The notes under the pieces are model-generated. The model did not search any database and had not been told where the DNA came from. It saw only the letters and a program-made list of their open reading frames with translations. Positions 45,562-54,947 of a stretch of DNA of 64,000 bases are shown one piece after another. Origin of the DNA: a bacterium. Its GTDB lineage: Bacteria > Patescibacteriota > SICC01. How positions within the stretch are numbered: the first letter of the stretch is position 1; each line of letters opens with the position of its first letter. The stretch is taken from contig JAUYKS010000002.1 of assembly GCA_030699935.1 (NCBI GenBank), positions 65,018 through 129,017 on the forward strand, written 5' to 3'. A program made the position numbers and the translations under genes.

Positions 45562-46629
45562 CTAGACCAGCTTCTTCTGTCCGGCCGGTGCTTGTCCGGC
45601 GGCCCGGCCAGCAGACGTCGCGATTCCGAGATGGGTGTAAGCCGCTTCCGTCGCCTTGCGGCCGCGCGGCGTGCGCTCGACCAGTCCGAGCTGGATCAGG
45701 AACGGCTCGTAGACCTCCTCGATAGTCTCCGATTCGTCGCTGACGGCGGCTGCCAGCGTACCGAGTCCGACCGGGCCGCCCTTGAACTTCTTGATGATCG
45801 TTTCCAATAGCCGCCGATCGGTCGCGTCCAGGCCGAGTTCGTCCACGCCCTCGAGTTTCAGCGACTGCTCGGCGGCGGCGGCGTCGATCGTGCCGGTGCC
45901 GCGGGTCTGTGCCCAATCGCGGGCGCGCTTCAGCAAACGATTCGCCACGCGCGGCGTGCTGCGGCTGCGGCCGGCCAGCGCCTTCAGCGCCGCCACCTCG
46001 GCGGTCACGCCCAGGATCTTCGCGGAACGCCCGAGGATCTTCCGCATCTCGTCTTCCGCGTAGAACGCCAGCTGGTAGGTGGCCCCGAACCGGTCGCGGA
46101 GCGGCGAGCTCAACGCGCCGATCTTAGTGGTCGCGCCGATGATCGTGAACGGTTCCAAGTCGAGCCGCACCGACCGGGCACCGGGACCCTTGCCGAGCAC
46201 GATGTCGATCTTCCGGTCCTCCATGGCGGGGTAGAGCATCTCTTCGACCACCTTCGGCAGCCGGTGGATCTCGTCGATGAACAGGATGTCCCCCGGACCG
46301 AGGTTGGTGAGGATCGAGGCAAGGTCGCCGGCCCGCTCGATCGCCGGCCCGCTGGTGGTTGTGAGTGAAGCCTCGGTCTCGTGGGCGATCACCCCGGCCA
46401 GCGTCGTCTTGCCGAGCCCGGGCGGTCCGTAGAATAGCAGGTGGTCGACCGTCTCCTTCCGCCCCTTGGCCGCCTCGATCATGATCCCGAGCGATTCCTT
46501 GATCTCGTTCTGGCCGACGTAGTCCTTGAGCGTTTTCGGCCGCAGCGCCACGTCGAGCGCGACGTCGGTCTCGCTGGTGGCGGGTGAGAGCAGCCGGTCC
46601 TCGGTCTCCTTGCTCACTTCCTTGCTCAT
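45562..46629 (-). CDS. ruvB: Holliday junction helicase RuvB
   Basis: AAA+ Walker A GPPGLGKTTLA, sensor motifs and the RuvB C-terminal winged helix. Confidence 0.95.
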   Translation of the reverse strand: MSKEVSKETEDRLLSPATSETDVALDVALRPKTLKDYVGQNEIKESLGIMIEAAKGRKETVDHLLFYGPPGLGKTTLAGVIAHETEASLTTTSGPAIERAGDLASILTNLGPGDILFIDEIHRLPKVVEEMLYPAMEDRKIDIVLGKGPGARSVRLDLEPFTIIGATTKIGALSSPLRDRFGATYQLAFYAEDEMRKILGRSAKILGVTAEVAALKALAGRSRSTPRVANRLLKRARDWAQTRGTGTIDAAAAEQSLKLEGVDELGLDATDRRLLETIIKKFKGGPVGLGTLAAAVSDESETIEEVYEPFLIQLGLVERTPRGRKATEAAYTHLGIATSAGRAAGQAPAGQKKLV

Positions 46630-47192
46630 CGCGCCAACTCCTTGAGCGCCGCCTTGATCACGGCTTCGGTCGAATCGGCCGCGGCCGCCACCTTGCCGAC
46701 CGCCTTGCGCGCCTCGGCGTTCGAGTAGCCGAGCGAGACCAAAGCCTCGACCGCTTCGTCCTGTCCGCGCGGCGCGCCTTCGCTGGTCACCATTTCCATC
46801 TTGTCCTGCAGGTCGACCACCACCCGCTCCGCCGTCTTCTTGCCGATGCCCGGCACCGAGGCCAGGAACTCCGAATCGCCGGATGCGATCGCGGCCCGGA
46901 TGTCGTCCGGCGTCGAGAGCGACAGGATCGCCAACGCGACCTTCGGTCCGATGCCGGAGACACCGAGCAACTGGGTGAACAGCCGCCGCTCGGACGTGTT
47001 CGAGAATCCGTACAGCGCCAGCACGTCCTCGCGGACGTATTGATGCGTGTGCAACGTCACCTCGCTGCCGGTTGCCGGCAGGTCGGTCAGCGTCGAGACC
47101 GGCACCATCACCAGGTATCCGACCCCGCCGACTTTGACGACGACGCCGCTCGGCTCCTTGCTGACCAGCGTGCCTGTCAGTTGGGCGATCAT
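46626..47192 (-). CDS. ruvA: Holliday junction DNA-binding protein RuvA
   Basis: MIAQLTGTL… OB fold and HhH pairs (…LLGVSGIGPKVALAIL…). Start at the internal Met; 4-nt overlap with ruvB. Confidence 0.9.
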   Translation of the reverse strand: MIAQLTGTLVSKEPSGVVVKVGGVGYLVMVPVSTLTDLPATGSEVTLHTHQYVREDVLALYGFSNTSERRLFTQLLGVSGIGPKVALAILSLSTPDDIRAAIASGDSEFLASVPGIGKKTAERVVVDLQDKMEMVTSEGAPRGQDEAVEALVSLGYSNAEARKAVGKVAAAADSTEAVIKAALKELAR

Positions 47193-47226
47193 GTATACAG
47201 TATAAAGCCCTTGGCGGCCGCGGGAC

Positions 47227-48423
47227 TCAATCCGCCCCAAGCACCTTGGCGACCAGGGTGAGGTCGTCGCGGACCAGACGCGGCATCAGGAACTTTTCCT
47301 CGACGATCTTCCGTCCGGCGGTGCCCATCCGCTTTGCCTTGGCCGGGTCGGCTGCCAGCTCCGCCATCCGGTCGGCGGCCTTCGGGATCGTCGAGACGAG
47401 GTAGCCGTTCCGGCCTTCCTCGATCTGCAGGGGTATGCCGCCGACGTTGCTGGCGATGACCGGCGTGCCGGCCCACAGCGCCTCGGTGACGGACAGCCCG
47501 AATCCTTCCCGCAGCGACTTCTGGACCGCCGCGACCGCCAAGGTCTGGAACGCCTTCACGGTCCGGTCGTCGGCTTCGTCGACCAGGATCAGCAGGCCGT
47601 CGTCGCCCTTGGCGGCTCCGCGCAGTTCCTTGACGATCATCGGTGCTTGCGGATCGTCGTCGGCGGTGTCGCCGACCAGGGCCAGCTGGAGTTCGGGCAC
47701 CTTCTGTTTGGCCAGCCGCCAGGCCTCGAGCACCCCCAGCGGATCCTTCCACTGGTCGAACCGCGATACCTGCACGACGAACGGCCGCGACAAATCGAGC
47801 GGGTAGGCGCGCAGAATCTCCTGCGCCTCGTCCTTGTCCATCGGACGGTTCTTCTTCGAATCGGCGTCGATCGCCGGCGGGATAATCGCCAGGTGCTCCG
47901 GCGAGAATCCCGGCAACCGGAACGACTCCAGGCTGAAGATGCCGCCAGCATAAGGCAGCAGGTACTTGGCCATCCGGTTCGCGACCCCGCCGTGCGGATC
48001 CGAGCTGTCGAGATGACAGCGCCAGATCCACTTGGTATCCGAAGCGTCGACCCGGAAGTACGGGATCGCCGCCGGCTGCGGATCGTGGACGATGATCGCG
48101 TCCCACTGGGCCGGGGCCACCTTCTTGGCCATGTCCTTGCTGACCGCCTCGTAGTATCGCCATTCGGTAGGAGAGAGGCCGGTGTGTTCGCCCTGCAGGG
48201 CGTTGTGGATCTTCTTCGTGACCTCGAAGAACCCGGCCGGCGGTTCAATCACCTGCCAGTCGGCCTTGATCCCGAGGTCCTGCAGCATCGGCACCTCGGA
48301 ACGCAGGATTTCCGCCACCCCGCCGCCGTTGGCAGTGGCGCTCAGGTGGAGGATACGCTGGCCTCGGAGCGCATCGGTCAGGCCTTTGATTTCGGTGTCC
48401 AACGATTTCACTTCGTTCATCAT
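47227..48423 (-). CDS. GT4 glycosyltransferase, TreT (trehalose glycosyltransferring synthase)-like
   Basis: N-terminal …SATANGGGVAEIL…WQVIE…FFEVTKKIHNALQG… resembles the TreT family. C-terminal GT1/GT4 fold. Confidence 0.6.
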   Translation of the reverse strand: MMNEVKSLDTEIKGLTDALRGQRILHLSATANGGGVAEILRSEVPMLQDLGIKADWQVIEPPAGFFEVTKKIHNALQGEHTGLSPTEWRYYEAVSKDMAKKVAPAQWDAIIVHDPQPAAIPYFRVDASDTKWIWRCHLDSSDPHGGVANRMAKYLLPYAGGIFSLESFRLPGFSPEHLAIIPPAIDADSKKNRPMDKDEAQEILRAYPLDLSRPFVVQVSRFDQWKDPLGVLEAWRLAKQKVPELQLALVGDTADDDPQAPMIVKELRGAAKGDDGLLILVDEADDRTVKAFQTLAVAAVQKSLREGFGLSVTEALWAGTPVIASNVGGIPLQIEEGRNGYLVSTIPKAADRMAELAADPAKAKRMGTAGRKIVEEKFLMPRLVRDDLTLVAKVLGAD

Positions 48424-48503
48424 AGAGGACTATTGGCGCTGGGCTTAGCCGAAGGTCGGCGGCATCGCTTGCTGGGCGTACGCCGTTACAGTTAACTGAA
48501 ACC

Positions 48504-49625
48504 ATGCCGAAAACAAAAAAGAGGCTTCGGGTCGCGATGTTCGCGGGGAATACCCACCCGATACCTCCGAAGGACATCATCATGGCCAATTTTTCGATTG
48601 CCTTGGCGATCGCGGATGGCATGAAGGCCCGCGGTCATGATGTAACGCTCTTCGCGGCGGAAGGAACCCGCACCAAGGCCAAGCTGGTGACCAATGGAAT
48701 GCTTCCGTTGACCGAGACTTCCTTGTCCAGTCTGATCAAGGAGCAACCGACGGGATTCACGGCCCGCGAACCTGAGCGGTCGACGGCCTTTTATGCCCAG
48801 ACGATGATCAGCGAATTGTATCGTCGGCACCTCGCACGTCCTTTTGATCTTATCCATCACCATCAAGTGATGCGTCCGATCCATTACGCCAAACTGACCA
48901 AGACTCCACACCTCTTCACCGTTCACGATCCGGTTACCCCCCTCTCGAAATGGCTCTACGGTTTTTACGCCAAGACGAAGAACGTCAATTTCGTCGCATT
49001 GAGCCGGAACCAGCGGCAATGCGCCCCGAAGTTGCCGTGGGCAACTACGATACACAACGGCGTGGATGTCAAAGAGTACCCGTTTAAGGAAACTCCAAAG
49101 GACTTTCTCATGTTTGCCGGACGGATTACCGCGGAGAAAGGTCCGCATCGTGCCATCATCGCTGCAAAACAAGCGAAAGCCCCGCTGAAGATTTTCGGCC
49201 CGTACGGAGGACAGGGTACTGATAATCAGGATTTCTGGGAGGAAGAAATCGCTCCTCGTCTGAGCGCAAAGGTGACGTTCGAAGGTTTTCGTGAGCGCCT
49301 GTCCCTCATTCGCGAATACGCCAAAGCCCGGGCGGTCCTCATGCCGATCACCTGGGAGGAACCTTTCGGCCTCGTTGCCATCGAGGCGATGGCCTGCGGG
49401 ACACCGGTGATCGCCTTCAAGCGGGGCGCCCTGCCGGAAATCGTCGTCCATGGTAAGACGGGCTTCCTCGTGAACTCAGTGGACGAGATGGCCCGTGCGA
49501 TCAAGCGGATCGACCAGATTGACCGGGCTGCCTGCCGCCGCCACGTGGAACAGCACTTTTCGATCGAACGGATGGTCGACAGGTACGAGCGGGCGTACTA
49601 TGCGTTGGCCAAAAGGCCCAAATAG
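48504..49625 (+). CDS. GT4-family glycosyltransferase
   Basis: …EEPFGLVAIEAMACGTPVIAFKRGALPEIVVHGKTGFLV… E-x7-E donor-binding motif. Confidence 0.75.
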   Translation: MPKTKKRLRVAMFAGNTHPIPPKDIIMANFSIALAIADGMKARGHDVTLFAAEGTRTKAKLVTNGMLPLTETSLSSLIKEQPTGFTAREPERSTAFYAQTMISELYRRHLARPFDLIHHHQVMRPIHYAKLTKTPHLFTVHDPVTPLSKWLYGFYAKTKNVNFVALSRNQRQCAPKLPWATTIHNGVDVKEYPFKETPKDFLMFAGRITAEKGPHRAIIAAKQAKAPLKIFGPYGGQGTDNQDFWEEEIAPRLSAKVTFEGFRERLSLIREYAKARAVLMPITWEEPFGLVAIEAMACGTPVIAFKRGALPEIVVHGKTGFLVNSVDEMARAIKRIDQIDRAACRRHVEQHFSIERMVDRYERAYYALAKRPK

Positions 49626-50620
49626 GTACGTTCGTATTCATCTACCATCCGGCGCAAGGAAAAATGCTCGATGGCGTGCTGGCGGGCCGTCCGCCGATCC
49701 AGTTCACCGATCCGGCGGACGTATTTGGTAAGTCCCGCCGGTGTCTTCGCTAAGAAGCCGGTCTTGCCATGGACTACGAGCTCCGGCATCGCCCCGCGCG
49801 GTGTAGTCAACACGGGCGTGCCGCAGGACATGGCTTCGACCGCGACCAATCCGAACGGTTCCTCCCAGCGGAGCGGTGAAAGCAGTCCGACGGCGCTTCT
49901 CAGTAGTCGGACCTTTTCGGTCAGGCTGACTTCTCCCACGTACCTGATTTGCTTGGAGAGGTATGGCCGTATCTTCGTTTCGAAGTAACCCCGGTTTTCC
50001 TTCGCAATCATTCCCGCGATGACCAGAGGCACCTTGGCTTTGCGCGCGATTTGTACGGCATCGCCCGCACCCTTCTTTTCGGAAATCCAACCGAGCCAAA
50101 GGAAATAGCCCCCGCCGCCTTTTCCGAAGGCGTGGCGATCGGTATCGACCCCGTTATAGATGGTCTTGGTAAACTTCGCGCCTCGATACAATGTCCGCTG
50201 CTGCTTCGAAATGGCGATCAGGTGCGTGTACTTGCTGGCGTCGCGGAAAAAGACCTCTCGCTCCTTGTTCCATCCGTTATGGATAGTCGACGCCATCGGT
50301 GCTTTCAGGAGAGGTGCGAAGGATAGGGCGACGTTATCGAAGTGGTTCGACCAGAGTTCTATTCCGCGATCCCGCGAGAAAATCTTGAGGAGATGGTCGG
50401 CATGCACGATCCCGCGCAAGGACTCGGAAATGTCCCTGATTTCCCGTGGCCACGTGGTGACGAGATTCCCTTTGAATTTGGAACCACTGGCTGCGAATAG
50501 CGTGACCTTATGTCCGCGCTCCAAGAGACCGTTCGCGAGTTGGTCGATAATCCTTTCGACGCCCGCATGACCGGTCGGGGGAATTTTCCTGTATAGCGGC
50601 GCGATGACTCCGACGTGCAT
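49598..50620 (-). CDS. GT4-family glycosyltransferase (paralog of 48504-49625, convergent, 3' ends overlap 28 nt)
   Basis: …EEPFGLVAVEAMSCGTPVLTTPRGAMPELVVHGKTGFL…. Confidence 0.75.
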   Translation of the reverse strand: MHVGVIAPLYRKIPPTGHAGVERIIDQLANGLLERGHKVTLFAASGSKFKGNLVTTWPREIRDISESLRGIVHADHLLKIFSRDRGIELWSNHFDNVALSFAPLLKAPMASTIHNGWNKEREVFFRDASKYTHLIAISKQQRTLYRGAKFTKTIYNGVDTDRHAFGKGGGGYFLWLGWISEKKGAGDAVQIARKAKVPLVIAGMIAKENRGYFETKIRPYLSKQIRYVGEVSLTEKVRLLRSAVGLLSPLRWEEPFGLVAVEAMSCGTPVLTTPRGAMPELVVHGKTGFLAKTPAGLTKYVRRIGELDRRTARQHAIEHFSLRRMVDEYERTYLGLLANA

Positions 50621-50787
50621 ACGACAATCTTAGCTAAAAAAAGGAACGCCGACCTGCTGAGAGCATGCTGCCGGCAATTGTACCCTCAGCACAAGTAACT
50701 GGTATGAGGGTATAAATGCCTGAGCGTGACGATTTATCTGTTGGATACCCGACGGTTGTTACTCTCCGCTGGTGGTACGATTTGCGC

Positions 50788-51381
50788 ATGACAGTCGTTA
50801 TCGCTAGCAAATGCCAAGAAGGTGTGCTGTTGGCTTCGGATACACGAGGAAGGCAGTATATCCCAGACGTTCGTGAGAAGGAATCGGTAGATGGTGTTAG
50901 TAAGATTTTCCCCATGAGCGACAAGGTGGCTGTGCTGTCTTTTGGAGCAGGCCTGCAAGACTTCGACAAAAGGCTAGAAGGCCACGCTAAATCACAAAAA
51001 GCGAACATTGCTGCTGGCTTGATTAAGGATCAACCGGACTTAGATTTGTTCAAGAACACACTTCCTCACTTCTTCAATTACACCTACCTTGACCAGCCAG
51101 ACGACATGGAAGATTCTGCTGGGTTCTTGCTGGTTAGTAAGAATGAAACATATAGTCTGCACTCTAACTCCGATTTTGCGCCAGAAAAAATAGATGCTGA
51201 CTACAAAGTGGCTGGTGTTCCAGATATTCTGTTTGAGGGGGATAAGAAACTGACGGCCAGAGAAACCGCTGATCGAGCCATTAAAGCCATAGAGTATTGC
51301 GCCAAGAAGTATAAAGACGACGTAAACAACGATGTTCAGATGTGGCTTATCACTGACTCCGGTATGTCCCGCTTTACATAG
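50788..51381 (+). CDS. Orphan HslV/proteasome-beta-like Ntn-hydrolase
   Basis: After Met: TVVIASKCQEGVLLASDTRG… (Thr1, Asp17, Lys ~33-38) and …VAVLSFGAGLQDF…, parallel to HslV TTIV…GDGQ…AGFAGG. Low-GC (~45%) islet; no HslU nearby. Confidence 0.5.
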   Translation: MTVVIASKCQEGVLLASDTRGRQYIPDVREKESVDGVSKIFPMSDKVAVLSFGAGLQDFDKRLEGHAKSQKANIAAGLIKDQPDLDLFKNTLPHFFNYTYLDQPDDMEDSAGFLLVSKNETYSLHSNSDFAPEKIDADYKVAGVPDILFEGDKKLTARETADRAIKAIEYCAKKYKDDVNNDVQMWLITDSGMSRFT

Positions 51382-51411
51382 TCAAACCACCGCCATACGA
51401 TAACTCCGTTA

Positions 51412-51912
51412 ATGCCTAAGAAGCAGCCAGCCACCGAAAAAGAGAAGACTATCGTCGGGGCGGTAATTCTCGCGGTATTCTCTGTATTCGCACTAACGGC
51501 CTGTACCGGTGGGAGCGACGACAGCGATACAAACGACACGACAAACAATCAGGCTAACGAATCTGTTAAAGAAACCCCGAAAAACGAAGAGTCTTTAGTC
51601 GATAAGGTCGAGGTAGCACTGGATAAATTGGGCGAAGGATATAAAAGTGAGCTGGCTTCAACGAACGGCGGCTATCGGGGCGATATAATTAGCGTTGAAC
51701 CAGCCGTAGGTGACGATACCGTTAAAGTTAATGTATCGACTCGCTTTAAAGACTCGGGTGATGAACCTGATGGCGGTAGAAACATAGCTCGCAGGATATT
51801 CGGCAGTATTTGTCTTGATGTTCCAGAGCTTGAAAGTCTGTATGTGGTAAGCAGTTCTGGATTGGAAAGTAAGTCAGTATATCGCAGTCAAATACCTGGC
51901 TGTAAGCAGTAG
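51412..51912 (+). CDS. Hypothetical lipoprotein (low-GC islet)
   Basis: Signal peptide + lipobox LTAC. Confidence 0.5.
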   Translation: MPKKQPATEKEKTIVGAVILAVFSVFALTACTGGSDDSDTNDTTNNQANESVKETPKNEESLVDKVEVALDKLGEGYKSELASTNGGYRGDIISVEPAVGDDTVKVNVSTRFKDSGDEPDGGRNIARRIFGSICLDVPELESLYVVSSSGLESKSVYRSQIPGCKQ

Positions 51913-51974
51913 ATCAGTAGTCGGCAGAAGCGAGTAGAATATGAGTGTGGCTGAGAAAAACCCAGTATCCCTCA

Positions 51975-52990
51975 ACGCTTTCAACCGATTGCTTAACCGC
52001 GCTTCGCAACCGGCAGCGAAACCTGCGAAACCAAAGCGTCGAACATCCCGCCCTGCAAAGTCCGGTGGGAATACCGCCAGCCGTACTCGTTAGCGTAAAG
52101 CTGTAGGTACTTCGGGCTGACGTGCCGGTACACGCCGGTTATGCCTCGTTTGAGGTGTGACCAGATATTCTCGATGTTCTGGGTGTGAACCGATCCGCTG
52201 ACGTACTGCTTCCGCTGGTGCTTGATACCGTCGTGGGTAAAGCCGACCTTGTGGAGTTTCGAGTAAACCCCATGTTCGTCATGGTAAATGGTCGCGTCCG
52301 GCGCGACGTTGAGGACAATAGGCGGGGTCAGGGCTTCGGTTCCGGTGTGGGGGACATGGACGAGCTTGGCCTTTCCGCCTCGTGAAACCATGCCGAACAC
52401 AACGGCCTTATCCTGATGTCCGCCTCGGTTACTGTGCTTCTTATCAGGGTGCCGGTTCTGGTCTGCCCCGCCGACAAACGTTTCATCCACCTCGACTTCG
52501 CCGGACAGCATTTCGCCGTCCTCGGCAGACATGAGCGTTCGTATCTGCTTGGCGATCCGCCACGCTGTCTTATAGGTCACGCCAAGCTCCCGCTCCAACT
52601 GCTTGGCCGAGATACCAGCGCGGGTCTGAACCATGAGGTACATGGCGTAAAACCACAGCCAGAGTGACGTGGTGGACTTCTCAAAGACCGTACCGGCCAA
52701 CGGGTAGACTTGGTACCCGCAGTTGCAGGCATAGCTGGTACGTCCCTTAACACGGGACAGCTCGTTTTCCCGTCCGCACTTCGGGCAGGTGAAATCACGG
52801 AAGCGGATTTGCCGTATTTCCTCTAGGCACGCAGCGTCATCAGGGAACCGCTTACGGAAGTCTGCGATGGTGAACCTGTCGTCCATAGGCACATATTAGC
52901 AGCTAACCTACTTGTAGTCAAGGTATAAGTGCCATGCTGCCAGCCTTGACTATTAGCACCTTTTGTGTTATGGTTAAGCAATTTTCAAAC
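51975..52990 (-). mobile_element. IS1595-family (ISXO2-like) insertion sequence, ~1 kb, bounds approximate
   Basis: Single transposase ORF. 11-bp terminal inverted repeats ATTGCTTAACC (51988-51998) and GGTTAAGCAAT (52972-52982). Sits in a low-GC islet. Confidence 0.7.
51993..52892 (-). CDS. IS1595-family transposase (DDE, N-terminal Zn-finger)
   Basis: …FTCPKCGRENELSRV…YACNCGYQV… zinc ribbon, HTH (…LGVTYKTAWRIAKQIR…), ISXO2-like DDE domain. Confidence 0.85.
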   Translation of the reverse strand: MPMDDRFTIADFRKRFPDDAACLEEIRQIRFRDFTCPKCGRENELSRVKGRTSYACNCGYQVYPLAGTVFEKSTTSLWLWFYAMYLMVQTRAGISAKQLERELGVTYKTAWRIAKQIRTLMSAEDGEMLSGEVEVDETFVGGADQNRHPDKKHSNRGGHQDKAVVFGMVSRGGKAKLVHVPHTGTEALTPPIVLNVAPDATIYHDEHGVYSKLHKVGFTHDGIKHQRKQYVSGSVHTQNIENIWSHLKRGITGVYRHVSPKYLQLYANEYGWRYSHRTLQGGMFDALVSQVSLPVAKRG

Positions 52991-52992
52991 CT
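52946..52992 (+). promoter_or_regulatory. Conserved promoter block, copy C: TTGACT-N17-TATGGT + taagcaattttcaaa leader; outward-facing at the IS right end, ending at the galT ATG
   Basis: Same block as copies A, B and D; contains the IS right inverted repeat. Confidence 0.55.
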
Positions 52993-54000
52993 ATGGAAAA
53001 TTATCCCTCAGAGCTGCGGCGCGGACATCTCGACCATCGGTGGGTGCTGATCGCCTCCGGACGGGCCGACCGTCCCCAGGACTACATCAATCACACGCCG
53101 TCCAAGGTGCGGCGCGATCCCTTCTCCCCGGAGAACATCCGGAAGGAGGACATCATCGACCTGATCCCGAACAACGACGGCACCGAGTACGAGACGCCGA
53201 GCACCTGGAAGGCGATGGCAGTGAGGAATCTCTACCCGTTCGTCGGGAAGGTCGCAGGCCGGAAGCCGCGCTCCACCGGCGACATCCGAGACGGCGTCGG
53301 CGCGCACGAGATCATCATCCACTCGCCGGATCCCGACCGGGACTTCGGAAGCTTCGAGTCTGAACAGGCGCAGGCGGTCCTCGAGCTCTACCTGAAGCGG
53401 TACAACCACCTCTCGCACATGCCGGAGGTCAAGCATGTGCAGATCTTCACCAACCGTGGCAAGGAAGCGGGAGCCTCGGTCGTGCACCCGCACACCCAGG
53501 TGGTTGCCTTGCCGGTCGTTCCGCCGTACATCAAGGACCTGGTCCGGATCGCCGGCAAACACTACGACAAGAGTCAGTCCAAGCTGAGCGAGGACGAGGT
53601 CGAACGGGAAATCCACGAGGCGTCCCGGGTGATTTACGAGAATTCGAAGTTCCTGGTGTACTGCCCGTTCGCGCCCTTGGCCGACTACCACATCCGGATC
53701 ATGCCTAAGGAGCGGGGTTCCTACTTCCATGAGATCACCCAGGAGCAGGTCGAGCACCTGTCGCGGGTCCTCAACCTGGTCTTCCGGCGGCTGGACCGGA
53801 TCGCCGGCATCCCGCCCTACAACGCTTACATCCGGACGGCGCCGGTCGGTGCCGACGAGAAAAGGCTGCGCGGGTTCCGCTGGCACATCGACATCCTGCC
53901 GCACCTGGCGATTCCCGGCGGCCTCGAGATTTCCACCGGACTCACCGTGGTGACGGTCTTCCCCGAGGACGCGGCGCATGCCCTAAGGCAGGATTCATGA
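52993..54000 (+). CDS. galT: Galactose-1-phosphate uridylyltransferase (HIT-like class II GalT)
   Basis: …ASGRADRP… and the HxHxQ motif (VVHPHTQVVALP). Confidence 0.7.
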   Translation: MENYPSELRRGHLDHRWVLIASGRADRPQDYINHTPSKVRRDPFSPENIRKEDIIDLIPNNDGTEYETPSTWKAMAVRNLYPFVGKVAGRKPRSTGDIRDGVGAHEIIIHSPDPDRDFGSFESEQAQAVLELYLKRYNHLSHMPEVKHVQIFTNRGKEAGASVVHPHTQVVALPVVPPYIKDLVRIAGKHYDKSQSKLSEDEVEREIHEASRVIYENSKFLVYCPFAPLADYHIRIMPKERGSYFHEITQEQVEHLSRVLNLVFRRLDRIAGIPPYNAYIRTAPVGADEKRLRGFRWHIDILPHLAIPGGLEISTGLTVVTVFPEDAAHALRQDS

Positions 54001-54449
54001 TCATGTCTGACGAACGCAAACAACCCGACCAACCCGGCAAGGACGGCTCCGACAAGGACCGACCCGGACGGAACGAAGTCCGGCTGGAGCGCGACGGAAT
54101 CCTCCGGATCTACTACCGCGGCCGGCAGACCGCGGAGGGGATTAAGGCGCTCGGCGAGGAGTCCGATGCCATCGCCGAAGCGCTGCAGGAGCGCGGCGAG
54201 CCGGTGATCATCCTGGTCGACGTCGCCGACCTGGGCGCGTTCGGGCAGCCGGAGATCGCGGCCTGGCGCCGCCTGATGGCCACCCGTTCGTTCGAGCGGA
54301 TGGCGATCGTACACCTGAACCCGGCGCTGCAGGTCGTGTTGCACTTCCTGGTCAAGATGTCGAACCGCAAGGACAAGGTCGAGGCATTCGACGACGAGGT
54401 CAAGGCGATCGACTGGCTGCAGGAAGCCGCGACCGGACAGCAGGACTAA
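53997..54449 (+). CDS. Hypothetical protein (possibly STAS-like)
   Basis: 150 aa; 4-nt overlap with galT. Confidence 0.4.
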   Translation: MIMSDERKQPDQPGKDGSDKDRPGRNEVRLERDGILRIYYRGRQTAEGIKALGEESDAIAEALQERGEPVIILVDVADLGAFGQPEIAAWRRLMATRSFERMAIVHLNPALQVVLHFLVKMSNRKDKVEAFDDEVKAIDWLQEAATGQQD

Positions 54450-54946
54450 CCGGCAGGATCCGCCGGGAACGCGCGCCGCGACGCGTGGCAGATCGCCACG
54501 GCGATCGCGTCCGTGACGTCGTCGGGTTTCGGGGCTTCCTTCAGTCCGACCAACCGGCAGACCATCAGCGCGACCTGGTCCTTGGGCGCTTTGCCGAATC
54601 CGGTCAGTTGTTGCTTGACGGTGCCGGGCCCGTATTCCGCGGCGGAAAGTCCGGCCGCCGCCACTGCCGCCAGGATCACGCCGCGCGCCTCGGCGACCCG
54701 CATGGCGGTCTTGGCGTTCTTCGAGAAGAACAGTTCTTCGATCGCGACCGAATCCGGCCCGTGCTTTTCCAGCACCGTCCCGACGTCCTTGGCGATGCTC
54801 GCCAGCCGCCGCTCCGGCGTCTGGTTGCTTTCGGTCGAGAGCAACCCGGCCTCCACAAGTTTCAAGGCGTTGCCGTCGGCGTCGAGGATGGCGTACCCGG
54901 TCCGGGCGTTACCGGGGTCGAAGCCAGCGATCCGCACCCTGGCCAT
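54446..54946 (-). CDS. ruvC: Crossover junction endodeoxyribonuclease RuvC
   Basis: …IAGFDPGNARTGYAIL…AIEELFF…DAIAVAICHA… RuvC catalytic motifs. Start at the internal Met. Confidence 0.85.
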   Translation of the reverse strand: MARVRIAGFDPGNARTGYAILDADGNALKLVEAGLLSTESNQTPERRLASIAKDVGTVLEKHGPDSVAIEELFFSKNAKTAMRVAEARGVILAAVAAAGLSAAEYGPGTVKQQLTGFGKAPKDQVALMVCRLVGLKEAPKPDDVTDAIAVAICHASRRAFPADPAG

Positions 54947-54947
54947 C

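Noticed and set aside
52965-53363. ORFs beginning MLWLSNF… at 52965 and 55785
   Set aside because: Both N-termini are frame translations of the conserved promoter block (atgttatggttaagcaatttt…). The real genes are galT (52993, other frame) and pilN (starts at Met14, 55824).
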